Notes: generated from the sequence alone by a model not told the origin. 64,000 bases of DNA from Octopus bimaculoides (GCF_001194135.2 NC_068993.1:35869148-35933147); one strand, 5' to 3'; shown: positions 13,821 to 26,461, numbered from the stretch's first letter. A program made the numbers and translations.

Positions 13821-14780
13821 ATCTATTCCTTTACTTATCAGTAAACTATGAAAACACTCTAATTTGCAAATCTAGCTCTTTCAACCTACTGGTACTTGAA
13901 ATAAGGAAATTTTTCAAAGCTCTATCTGTCACGCATTGGCTTGACTTCTAACTCAGCTGAAAAATATAATTGGATAATACAAACTATCTTTCTTGTATGT
14001 TCGAAATCGCTTAAACCAGGGAAATACGGGTATGATTCACATACCCGCATTTCACTGACAACTACGGATGTTGTAAATTTGAATAATATTGATCCCAAAC
14101 GTGTAAGAAACTATATGATCTCTTGGAAGGTCTTTATGCTCCACGTTCCAAATGGTGAACAGGAAATCAAAATGCCACCAATTGTTCATGTGTTTATGTT
14201 AATAAGATGTTGTGCGCAGTATGTTTAGATGTTTAACTTTGTATATGTCTTAAATGGCTCTATATTAATATATCAAGAACTAACCCGGAGTTAACATTTA
14301 AATGTTAATACGAAATAGCCGTGTATATATAGCAAGACTGAACTAAATATTCAACCCCTTTTGGAAAATAATAACATATTGGTTGTGTTGTTTCTGGCAG
14401 TCATCGGTAAAAGAAGAGCGGTTTTATAATCATATATATCTAATTATGGTAGCACGGTGTTTCATATTTTTTGCAAACAAAAGCAAACGTACTAGAATAA
14501 ACAGAACTACCAAAAATAAAACATAAGTATATATTGGAAAATAAATGTAAATGTATTAACATTCGAAGTGCTTATTTCTTTTAGAAATGCTTCAATAATA
14601 AGTTAAATGCATTCGATGCTATATTTGAATGCTATATCAAGATCTATGTCAGAATATCACTCGGTAGTTTCATATATTGTCAATTAAGATAAGTGTACGG
14701 TTAAATGTACTGAAAATTACATAGACGATACAAAAACAGATAATAGAATAAATTTGATCGCCTCTATCTGAAGATATTGA

Positions 14781-15305
14781 GCATATATGGGTGCAGGACG
14801 TCACCATTAGTAAACATGACATACGAAAACAAATGAGTTCAATACTCAAACAACGAAAGGAACGAATGGAAAGCAGGACAAATAAAACAAAGGACGACAC
14901 TTCATCAGTTGTCGGCTGTCTATTTACTCCTCATTTCGTGCATTGGACCACAATATGAGTCTTCGAATTTAGTTGCTGCCATAAGTGCCAAAATAAAATT
15001 TTGGATTTATGGAGGGTCAAAGTTGGCAACAAAAACAGGACAGTGGAGACATACAAGGAAACCGAATGAAAACAAGCATAGAGGGTCGTTAAGCCAGAAC
15101 GAGGGTAAAATAGCATATATAGGTACAGGACGTCACCAACAGTGCTAACAACATGAAATACGTAAACAAAAGAGTTAAATACGTAAACAACGACAGAAAA
15201 AATGGAAAACAGGACAAGTAGACACAGAGAAACGACCCTTCGTCAGTTATCGGCTTTCTGTCTACCCCTTATTTTGTGCATTCAACGACAATATGATTCT
15301 TCAAA
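14781..15305. repeat. Two diverged ~190-bp direct repeats (14781-14968, 15113-15305), possibly retroelement terminal repeats
   Basis: Shared GCATATAT.GGT.CAGGACGTCACCA...CTTC.TCAGTT.TCGGCT...GTGCATT...CAATATGA.TCTTC at a period of about 332 bp. Confidence 0.75.
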
Positions 15306-16364
15306 TATTTTCTTTGAAAAGAGAAAAGATAGAAGAGAGAGAAAAAAAACGTCCAGCCCTTTGAACGTCCGTGCACCAAAAGAAAGATGGGCGTTGGTCA
15401 CGTGTGAGTAACGAGAAAGAGAAAAAGGAAAAGAGGGGAGAGAGAGAGAGACAGATAGAAAATGGTGAAAGAGGCAGGGGAGAAAAAGAGAATTAGAGAA
15501 AGTACAGTGCAGAGTAGAGTCGCATCAAAAGGGTGAAGATAAATTGCAAGATTTAATTTAAGATTTTGACCTTTCTTAACCAAGTAGAACATGTTTCATA
15601 TAAATTATTACATTTATTCATCTTTATTAATCTTGAATCAGCCAAACAGTAAATTAGTAATTCGTCCGTTAATAACCAAGCTAATTGTTTACTAACTGTT
15701 ATACAAAATAAATAATTAAATTTAAATACAAGCATATTGCTTAATTCTTCCCCACCCCACAAAAAAATGGCATTCCTTTGCTCGATCGCTAAAAATATTA
15801 AACCAGATATTCAGTGAATCGGTGAGTGTTCCGTTCAAAACCTTTAACCAATCAAGCTAATTGCTCGCTAATTGTTCTATAAAATAAATAACTAAAATCT
15901 AAATACATGCAAATTGTTGTATTTCTGCCCCACCCACATTAAAAGACATTAGTTCACTCTAACGTTAAAAATAATAAACCACGTTCATTTCCTAGGCTAT
16001 TAGTGCAAGAGCACTAAACCTAAAGTGTTCTTCACCTCCGTTAAACTTCAATTGATTTCGATTTAGATTTTATTACTTCGATAAATGAATATCAGTGAAA
16101 TCACATCGAACCGAACAACAACTTGGAGATTATAATCACAATATTAAAACTGTACATGTTGTGGTTTATTTATTCGAAACGTGAAATGTTCCATTATACT
16201 GAGTACCAAACATGGGAATTACGATAAACTAATTATCGTTTTCCCAACAGAGAATTCAAATGTTCCGAAATCAAAAGTGTGAATAATGGTATCCTTTAAA
16301 TAAACCATATATTAGAATTCAGCTTGCCATAACAGAGACGTAGATTTTCAACCACAGAATCAGT

Positions 16365-16470
16365 CCTGTGTGGTTAAGAGGCTTACTTCGCAAGCATATG
16401 GTTTCGGTTTCCCTCTCACTGTGCGGCCCCTTAGGCAAGTATCTTCTAACCCCGATAGACCTATGCCTTG
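16365..16470 (+). mobile_element. SINE family B 5' part (tRNA-like head with CORE-like CCTT.GGCAAGT)
   Basis: GTGTGGTTAAGAGGCTTACTTC...CACTGTGCGGCCCCTTAGGCAAGTATCTTCTA is homologous to 41995-42148. Confidence 0.7.
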
Positions 16471-16660
16471 TTCAGCTGAATGATCGAAGGATCTCTAAGC
16501 AGATGCTATATGATGAATTTGTTTGTGGAAAGCACTCCCAGCAGAAACCAAGACTATGATTTGAAGGTATTTGAAATATGAGAGGTCAATTAGGGAAGCA
16601 ATGCTTATCATCGACACTAAAGAAGGAGTGGGTGGTTTAGAAAATGCACTGATTTTACAT
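16470..16660 (+). mobile_element. RTE-clade LINE 3' fragment
   Basis: DRRISKQMLYDEFVCGKHSQQKPRL resembles the RTE C-terminal D.R.PKQ.LYGEL..GKR..G.P motif. Confidence 0.65.
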
Positions 16661-17812
16661 GCAGAATTTATGCATACACAAACACACACAGACATATATG
16701 AAGTATATATACAAATATGTGTGTGTGTGTGTGTGTACACATACACACGAAGCACGCACATGGGCACATGCATTTAATAAAGGCCTATTTGATAAATAAT
16801 CCAGTTAAGTTAGCACTACAGTGAAGTACAGTTGAGTACACAATGCAGTGATAACAATAAAATTAAGAAGTCAGTCAGCAATGAGCGCATGAGGTTAAGA
16901 TCCCAAATATATATATGTGTGTGTGTGTGTGCGTGTGTGTGTGTGTATGTATGCGCTTGCATGCTTGCGTCTGCGCGAGCGTGTGCCTGTGCATGTCAGT
17001 GTGTGAGCGTATGTGTGCGTGTGTATGTATCTGTGTGTGTGAGCGTGCGTGTGCCTCTCTGTGTGTGTTTGTGTGTGTACGTGTGTAAAATATGTGTGCA
17101 GCAATAGATTTGAGCATATAACAATGTTTAGCAGGAGCAATGGTGTCATACTTGATTTATTTCGATATAGAATTACTTCAAATACGATGAAGAAAATACT
17201 TGCTTTCGGTTTTTATTCTGTACCTCGATAGCTGAGACTGTCTTTCTGTTCTTATGCTTATTTGATATTGTATATCGGAATTTGGTACTTTGATTCCTAG
17301 GATATTCCAGAATAGAGAAACAAAACTTCCAACTTGTCATCAATAATTTAAACCTTTTTACAGATGCTATTTTTAGCGAAATTTGTTTTGGTCGGCCAGA
17401 ATTTTGAACAGTAATATATAAACCTCTTAACTTTCTCAATATACATATAAACGTTATGTATATATACACATGCACACACATATATGTATACATGTAATAC
17501 ACACACACGCACATGTTTATATATACAAATATATATGCTTATAAGTGTATATGCCTATGCACATGAGTGCACAAACATTCATACAAACTATACATGCATA
17601 TACATATGCATGTGAGTATATATATATATATATAAAGATGTAATCTAGAACATATATATGTTCATGTATATGCGTATCTCTGTGTTTGTATGCGTGCACA
17701 CCTTGTGTCTGTCTGTCTGTGTATGCGTGAGCGTGTACCCGCGCGCATGAAAGTGTCTGCGTGCTTTCTTGTCCTTGTGTGCATGTATGAAAACAGAGAG
17801 CTATATTTTCAG

Positions 17813-17908
17813 ATTACGGCTTCTTGATCGTAAACAGATTATTCACCTCGGTCAGAGGTATCATCAATTTGAAGAAACTAACGATAAATTAGCCTACGAA
17901 ATGATACA
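17813..17908 (+). CDS. Candidate 96-bp coding exon of an unidentified gene
   Basis: ttttcag acceptor, CA|gtaatt donor, phase 2-2, open frame LRLLDRKQIIHLGQRYHQFEETNDKLAYEMI(Q), not repeat-derived. No homolog recognised. Confidence 0.25.
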
Positions 17909-18704
17909 GTAATTAAAGACCGAATGACTTCACCTGTAAATCTAGATATCTGATAAGTTAATTACAACTTTTAGTTGCGGAATCAACTGGCTTAGGTAGT
18001 TTGGTAGAAATCTCTCTGTATATATTTCACCATATATTGTTCCACATGGACCAGACACAGCACCTTATTCCTGGTAGTTATTCGCTTTTATGGAAACCTA
18101 AATAGAACTTTCTTTGCTTTTAATTCTGGTCATAAAGAAACAACACTAAATATTTTCAAGAATTAGATTTAACGCTCCTACGCTGTTATCGCTTTTGTTT
18201 ATGGTCAAACTTTATTCACTTCAGCCAACCAAGAAACCTCTATGTAGTCACTCAACAGGATACAAATAGCAGCCAAATAACCATCAGTTAACACCTTCTC
18301 GTCTTAGGGAAAGAAATGAAGGACTCACTGGGAAATGTAGTTGTAAATATACAAATAGACTTATTTACGCAATCAAAGTTGACCTGGAGCCAAACATCAA
18401 TAACATCTGTAATATAGCAAGAGAGTGTATTTCGTGATACTCTGGTATTGTGACATATCGTTCCATATTTCTTTTGGTAGACTTTTTCCTTCGGTAGACT
18501 TTTTCCTTCCCCGTTTTTAAGTTTCAACACGTATTGCACCAACCATTAATTTCATAGCATCATTATCTTACGTCTTTTATCGCTTACTTATTCTAATAAT
18601 TCAATTGCGGTCATGCTGGAGTGACACTTTTAAATGGTTTAGTCGAACAAATCGGTTATATTACTTACGTTTTTTTTAAATCTGATACTTATTCTATCGA
18701 TCTC

Positions 18705-18748
<44 letters not shown>

Positions 18749-18814
18749 NNNNNNNNNNNNNNNNNNNNNNNNNNNNNNNNNNNNNNNNNNNNNNNNNNNN
18801 NNNNNNNNNNNNNN

Positions 18815-18865
<51 letters not shown>

Positions 18866-19020
18866 TACGATGGGATTCCACACAGTGTCCGTCTACAAAT
18901 TTTCTCACAAGGCATCCGTCAGCCCTGGACTATAGAAGAGGTGCTGCACAGGGATACTGAACCGAAAGCACGTGGTTACGAAGCGAGTTTCTTAACTACA
19001 TCCCGATGCCTGCGCCTACT
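18866..19020 (-). mobile_element. SINE family B, degenerate
   Basis: Reverse complement of the head and of the ...GTAGACGGA.ACTG....A.CCC.TCGTATAT segment, next to a TA/CA tract. Confidence 0.75.
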
Positions 19021-21707
19021 GTATATTATACTTATTACTAAAAGAAGAAATGGTAATCATGACAGTTTTGTTTACGCTTTTCTCAGAGTGGCATAGTTTA
19101 TCCAAAGGTCCAGTATTCGGTGACGTGACAGAATTAATAAGAATGATTCATATCATTGGAACAAAGCCATTCACATTTTAGTAACGGTTATTAATTTTTT
19201 GAATCAAATGTCAGTATTTTACTCTTACATATTTTATCGATCCAGAGGGAGAGGCAAAATTGGTCTTGGTTGGAGAGCGATTCCAGCAAGATTTCAACAT
19301 AGAAACTTGAAGGAAAGATCTTTGTACTGAACTGCACTGGCTCTCTTCTGTTTTCTGTCAGTTTTCTGTCGTGCTTTTGACGATAATATTTTTCTAGAGT
19401 GACATCAGGATTTTGCGAGATGGGGAGCTGTTGATTAAATATGTCTCAGTTTATAACTGATACATTATTCATCGTACCTGGGATGAAGTCAACTTCAACA
19501 GATCCAGAAATGGGTAAACTGTGAATTCAAAATCGATATTATATAACATCGATTCTGTGGCACTCAGAATTTCCATTGCTTCTTCGGTTGCTGTGTACAA
19601 ATACTCTCTATGGTTTCAGGAATTACGTCCATAACTTTCCCCGTTTGAAGAATTGTGAAATAAGCTCCAGGCGTTGATCGAAAAAGACCATAGATTGGAC
19701 ACAAGCTTACCTCTTAATAATCAGGAGGGCCCTCCTTGACTAGTGAAATTGATACCGTTATTAGTGAATTTGAATGTTAGTTAATGGTGCCTGTGGGGAA
19801 AATGTGAGCAGGCCTATAATTTCATAAACCTGTAGTTCTGCAGTAGAGTAGCATGGCTGATAAAATCCTAATTTTAAGTAGATGCAAGGTGATAAAAACT
19901 TTTGGCAACTTACATGCACAGTCTAGTCACAGGCTAACATGGAAGATTCTGTCTTCCTGTGATATATGTACAAGATAATAAGGCAACTATCCATACAATA
20001 CTCAGAAGAGGAGGAAAACTCAACGTAGCAAGTTCAGTCAACTGTAAAGTGTTGTGCTATTTAAAGCAATGGGTTGTTCTTACTGGGGCAATCTACTGTT
20101 TGTTGAAATGTACCGTTTCAGAGTAAATTGGAACGTGTACCCAGTCTGGAGTCAGAAACAGGTAATCAAGCAACTCTCCAGCCCGTTCGCAACGGGTTGG
20201 AATTCGGTTCCGGGGAAAGGAAACGAGAACATTGTTTCACGCATTTTCCAAGGATGTGTGTAGACTTGCATGAACCAAGAGTCGAAACCAGGTCGCGTAA
20301 TCAATTCAGCTTGATCTACCACGCCAAGAGATTAAAATATTGTCTTATGACATAAAACGTTGCAATTTTATAATCTGGATAATACCGTTGGGTATTCTAA
20401 ACTATATTTCTCTAGTTTTCTATGGAGTGGAATTTATTTTCAGCATCCATCGTCCGAGAAAAGAAATAATTTCCAGGAATTAATTTTCTTATTTTCTTTC
20501 TTTTGTTTATTCCCTTTCCAATAAAAAAAAGCCCATCTACTGTAAACTAGAAATCAATATTTAATGAGATCATTCTTTATCGATCATACGATTGATTTAT
20601 GTGAAGAATGAACTGATATCAAAGGGAAAATATCCCCTATAGATTTTACAACTGATTAAGCTCTTTTCATAGGCTTTATTTTAGTGATTTGAAAATTTCA
20701 GAAATTATTTTTATAACAAAGTCATGAAATCGTTCATTTAAAATCAATATATAGCGTTACTGAATCTTTATCAAAATCTTTACCATTCCAATTTATGGGT
20801 GATTATAAAGTAAATGCTGTGAAAATTCTATGGCAAATGACAGGAAGTATATTATGAAACGCTATCGTGAAATTTTATAAATATACTTCTTGTGTTATTA
20901 AAAAGAAATATCAGCGCCAAGACTATTTTTCTTTACGCTTCTTATATATTCACCGTCTGTTTTTGCTACGTCATCCTGTCGTCTGCTGTGCAGTTTGTGT
21001 TTTCTCCTTTACAGGTCAGTCTATTTTATTGCATTGCTCCTAACTTATTTCGTTATGCGTACTTGACGTATCTCTTCCCTATACTTCACTGTCATCGTTA
21101 CGTATGTCTTAATCTGTTTTTAATACCTATCTTCTTTACGTTTTTGTTGATTTCAATTGTTTTACATATTTTAGATCATTGAACCCTTACATCGCATTTG
21201 TTCATTCCTTCAGGAAACTTTAAATACAGTGTATTGACTAAGGTAGCCTCAGTTTGCAGAGTCACTTGAGTGTAATACTGTTAATCTAAAGATGCACAGT
21301 TCGTGTTCCACCATCAACTCTGCCCGCGAAAACAAATGTCTTCATTCTAAAACTACCAAGTCCACTTGCATGTAACAAGAAACCACAATAGGCATTTCTC
21401 AACGTGAAATTATTCTATCAATAAGTATTTGGTTAATGAAGTAGCTTTAACATTAAACAAGGTTAACATAATATTGATTTCAAATTAATATAAAATAAGT
21501 GAATTCATATGCGGCAAAGTGTGTTGTATAATTTGTATTGTGTACTTATTATTAAATGAAAGCTACCATGCTTTTACATTTATTTTTGATGCGACAAGTT
21601 AGGTGTTACGTAATTCGCTCTCTGGTAAGTTTTGGATGTGTTCACGTGAATAATTCTAACGCATAACACCCAAATAGATCAAAAGTGTCTGCAACATTCT
21701 GCTATCC

Positions 21708-21709
<2 letters not shown>

Positions 21710-21775
<66 letters not shown>

Positions 21776-22100
21776 ATCTCTCTCTCGCTCACTTATTCTC
21801 TCTCTCACTTTCTCCCTCTGTCGTTTTCTCCCTTTCCCTCTATCTCTCATTTTCTCTCTTTCTCTTTCATTTTCGTTCTCTCCTTTTCTTTCTCTCTGTT
21901 TTCTCTCTTTCTCTCTTCCTCCCTTTGATTTTCTCTCCTTTTCTCTCTTTTTCTCTCTCTCTCTTTCTTTTCCCTCCCTTTGTTTTCTCTTCTTTTCTCC
22001 CTCTTTCTCTCGCTCTCTGTATTCTCTCTTTCTCTCACTGTCTTCTTTCTCTCTCTCGTTCTCTCCTTTTCTTTCTCTCTTTTCCTCTACCTCTCGGCTT
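21710..22100. repeat. (CT)n microsatellite and CT-rich low-complexity tract
   Basis: Read directly. Similar tracts at 13700-13830, 36115-36345 and 45620-45730. Confidence 0.95.
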
Positions 22101-22854
22101 TAAATCCAAATTATTTGAGATTAAGACAAAAATAAATCTTCTCACAATGAATTAAAACATTGGTTCTAGTTTGAAACATATTTCGGTGCTGTTACCTTAA
22201 ATTATCGGTAAAAACAAAGACGACAACGAAACGACTGGTTTTGGATTGTCAATTTTTATTCGGTGATCTGCCGAAATTGTCGGACCACTGAAAAGCCTGC
22301 AGGTATAAATCAAACAGCTAGACAACCTATAAAATTACGTAATTCATTTTATCTGTAGTAAATTTCGTGTTACGTAAATTACTTGCTCTATGCAAATTTA
22401 CTGGCCTCTTAATTTAGTTGCGATGCGGCAAGTTACGTGTTATGTAATTTGTGTGTTCCGCGGTAAAATTCTATTTGATGTAGTTTATTTTACGGTGATG
22501 ATATAGGTGTTGACGTAGTTTCATTTGCAGTTTGGTAGCTTATGTGTTTTGTGGTTCATTTACTATATATCTTGTGTTGCATAATGCATTAGTCGATGAA
22601 TGTTATGGCTTAAATAACAAGAGGCGTGTGAGGTACCTTGTGTGTTGCGTTGTTAAGCTCAATCTGATGCTAATATGGTAGATAAGTTTTCAAACGCGAT
22701 CCCCTCCTATAGCCATAAATTTCACTCCATATTTCTGAAAACCTATAACAGAGGTACATACATACACACACATAAATGTGTGTATATATATATGTGTGTG
22801 TGTGTATGTGTGTGTGTGTGTGTGTATGTGTGTGTGTGTGTGTGTGTGCATTTG

Positions 22855-22935
22855 TGCCCACCATCACTTGACAACCGATGTTGCTGTGTTCACATCCCCG
22901 TAACTTAGCGGTTCGGCAAAAGAGACCAATAGAAT
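22855..22935 (+). mobile_element. SINE segment C (tail module), partial
   Basis: CTTGACAACCG...CCCCGTAACTTAGCGGTTCGGCAAAAGAGACC is homologous to minus-strand copies at 28150-28340, 38580-38790 and 50905-51090. Confidence 0.8.
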
Positions 22936-23137
22936 ATGATTCCCAGACCGGATCGCGCGTTGAGTTCTTGAGCAAAGCACTTCATTTCACGTTGCTCTAA
23001 TCCCCCTTTCGATCAGGAGGAAAATTTTGGCCTACTCGCCTAGCCATTGTTCGAAGGCTACAACGATGCAAAGCATATTGTGTCCACCGATGTGTAACAA
23101 CGTCTGATAGTCTGGTCAGTCACGTGATCACGTGATA
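22936..23137 (+). mobile_element. SINE family E (tRNA head with CORE-like TCTTGAGCAAAGCACTTCATTTCAC), 5'-truncated
   Basis: Shares CACTTCATTTCAC and B-box-like GATTCC..GACC with 24236-24385. Confidence 0.65.
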
Positions 23138-24235
23138 TATATATATATANNNNNNNNNNNNNNNNNNNNNNNNNNNNNNNNNNNNNNNNNNNNNNNNNNN
23201 NNNNNNNACTATATTATTCAATGTGTCATTCATGTATTTCAAAATAACAGACCATGATTTGAGGGAGATTTACTTGCTAATTGTTGCAGATCAAGCTTCC
23301 CTGATGGACTTAATGGTTTCATTAAAGGATCAATAAATAAACATAAATGCTTTTATTGATGAGATAGTGATTCATCTGCTTGAGAACACGAACTACGGAT
23401 CTTTGAGTCTGCAGGTTTCTACTCTATCTACTTGGACATCTGTAGTTCTTCATGTGTAAATTAATAGTGCAATTTTAATAATCCTGCTTTATATGAAAGA
23501 AAAACAACTACAGAATAGCAGACATAGACATTAGCAAACAGAGAGAGAGAGAGAGAGAGTGAGAGACGAGGAATCCTAACAGAGGAAGAGTCAAAGAGAT
23601 AGAGAATGTGTATAAGAGAGGGAGAGAGTGAATGAGAAGGTGAGCTATTATTTTTATTCACACAATATCTATTTAGTGAGCTGTCCACACAAGCATAGAT
23701 TTCTTCTTGCAGACAACGATAACTGAAGACATTTGGTGCAAGTGGAATAAACTCTAATTAATGGTTGCTATTATAACCAAAGGCAAAAATGTATTTTTCT
23801 CTCTTCCATAGAACTAATGTCATGCTTTTATTCACTGAAAGTAAGATATGGAAACAACCACATGACATAAACACATAAATATATAAGAACAAACATACGC
23901 ACATACATATAGACACACCTACACATGCACACATGCATTCAAACAAAAACCAATAGACAGACATGCTTATGTGTATGCACGTGTGTATACATATATATTT
24001 AAAAATATATATGTATAACTATATGTGTGTGTGCACATACGTACATATATACGTATATGCTGTACGTATATATAAAAACACAAATATATACACACACATA
24101 TATGTGTATACTTGTATGTATATAATCATGTGTATGTACATATATATGTATATATAGATATACATGCATGCATTTATATGTGTATATATGTGTATATATG
24201 TAAGTATATATACATAAATACGTATATGTATATGT

Positions 24236-24383
24236 GATGGCACGTAGACTAATAGTTAGACTGTTGCACACCCGATCGGTAGATCGTGGGTTCGATTCCT
24301 GGACCGAGTGATACGTTGTTTTCTTAAGCGAAACACTTCATTTCACTTTACATCTGTCCATTCACTGCAAATAGGTAACCGTA

Positions 24384-24385
<2 letters not shown>
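24236..24385 (+). mobile_element. SINE family E, 5' part
   Basis: tRNA-like head with GGGTTCGATTCC B box, followed by TCTTAAGCGAAACACTTCATTTCAC. Confidence 0.7.
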
Positions 24386-24440
<55 letters not shown>

Positions 24441-24739
24441 TACATACATACATACATACGTACACACGTATATATATTCAACAGCTCGACTATGACTTTT
24501 TCCAGCACTAACAGCAAACGAAAACACACAAGTAATACATAAAGATAGTACATCTTAGGACAAAATCACAAATGTACATAAGAGATCAAGAAAGCAACGA
24601 AAACAACGCGGACTCTTAACAATGATGGGATGCAGGAACCTACGGAATTTAAGTTTTCTGCAACTTGCACTATATTGTGAAAACTCTCACTAGTTGTGTA
24701 AAGTACTCCAATGATTCACGTGCTCACGCAAAACACGCA

Positions 24740-25195
24740 TACTTTGAGTGAATCTTTGAATGCTGGACATGTAAAAATTTCATGTGGGCTTTTTCCAGGG
24801 TGACTCTCTATCACCACTCCTCTTTTGTCCAGCCTCAATATCTCTTTCTAAATTGCTCGATGAAGTAAAAGTGGCTGTAAAATTTTTGATAAAATTATTA
24901 AACAGCTCCTTTACATGGATGATTCAAAACTCTTTGTAAAAAATTACCAGCAACTACAGTGCATACTAGCAATTGTAAAACTGTTTAGTGATGATATTAG
25001 AATGGAATTTGGTTTAGATAAATGTGCAAAAGCTATCTTCATCAGGGGGAAACAAATAGAAACATATAACGTCGAACTTGACCAACAGACTTATAAAGGA
25101 GTTAGAACTAGAGAATGGTTAGAAATACTTGGCGGTATATGAAGGTGATGGAATTAAACATTTAATGATAAGGGAAAAGACCAGAAAAGAATGTA
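24740..25195 (+). mobile_element. R4/Dong-clade reverse transcriptase core fragment
   Basis: FQGDSLSPLLF...LLYMDDSKLFVKNYQQLQCILAIVKLFSDDIRMEFGLDKCAKA: YMDD catalytic motif and the R4-typical MEFGLDKCA. Confidence 0.92.
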
Positions 25196-26370
25196 GTTTT
25201 CCATGTTGTCGTACTTACAGATAAGAAGTTTCACAAAGTAGGTGCTATTTTATAAATTTCCAAACATTTCTCAAACCAGTTATGTAGTAAACTACCAAAA
25301 GCTTCTTTATAGTTTATCCAGGTTATTGATAAGTTCTTGCATTGTTTGAGACAATCTTCCAAATTTATCTTATTGATGAGAAGCTGATCTTTGCAACCAC
25401 AGGACGCACGTTTGCATCCTTTTTGTTTCTTTGGTGTGTTTGGTCAAGACAAATGATATTTTATACATGGATAAGCGGATTATGGATTTATTTTGGTTAA
25501 TTCCTCTACATTGATATCCTCCCACTTTTGTTCTTCTAAGAAGGCTGACGCAGTAGATATTTTATCAATCCAAGGGGTCTTTTTTTTCTGTCCAAATTTT
25601 ACTCCAAAATTCCTGCACTTCTTTTGATGCGGCAGACTTTATTGTAATTGATATTTTACCTATCTTCCTGTAAAACTGATTTGGATTATTTTTAAACCTG
25701 CTGCTGTCCTTGAAGATCTTAGTGTGCTTTTCATACCGTGCTATGCGAGCAGTTTTAGCATGTACCTTTTACTTGATAGTTTCTATAGTGGTATCGATGT
25801 CAAGTATTATTCTTTTTCTTTAAGGTTCGTATTTTTATTGGTTTGATATTCTTGTCAGACTTAAAGTGTTTTAAACATTCTATGTCAGATCTAAATAGTT
25901 GCATTTGGTGTTGGATTCGCTCTTGCAAAATAGGCTTTTGTGGGAATGCTTTCGTTTTCTAATCCTTTCACCACATAGATTCGCTGAGATCTTAGCCAAT
26001 GCATAATAAAGGTGAATGAGATCTGTAATGTCAACATCATTAGCTGAAATTATACCTTTAAGGTCAAGGCAGATTTTATCAATTACTTTCAGGCTTCGGT
26101 TAGAGTTGCGAATTTTGGGAAAGTGTTACGTTCATTCATACTGGTTTCAGCCATTCAATCACAATTTGATTTTTTAGATCATCTAGTTCAGTCGGGTCAA
26201 TTTTAGTGTGACTTTCATCTTCTATCTGATTTTTATCTTCCTTGATATTTATGTCTGGTTCAGAAAACATTTCACTTTGTTTGTCAGATACACTGACTCT
26301 TTCTATCATTACTGCGTTTTCATTGGACCTGGGTTGGTCTGTAATTATTTCTTCATTAGTATCTTCTTTA
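25196..26370 (-). mobile_element. R4/Dong-clade N-terminal and early RT fragment
   Basis: Minus-strand translation includes EFWSKIW, KGC...GCKDQLLINK..LEDC...KNLSITWINYKRSF and ...TTTWKT. Its 5' end abuts (TAA)n at 26371-26462. Confidence 0.85.
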
Positions 26371-26380
26371 ATTATTATTA

Positions 26381-26461
<81 letters not shown>

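Noticed and set aside
19398-19510. Apparent Ig-like exon SDIRILRDGELLIKYV
   Set aside because: It overlaps a degenerate family A SINE central domain and has no donor before the stop.
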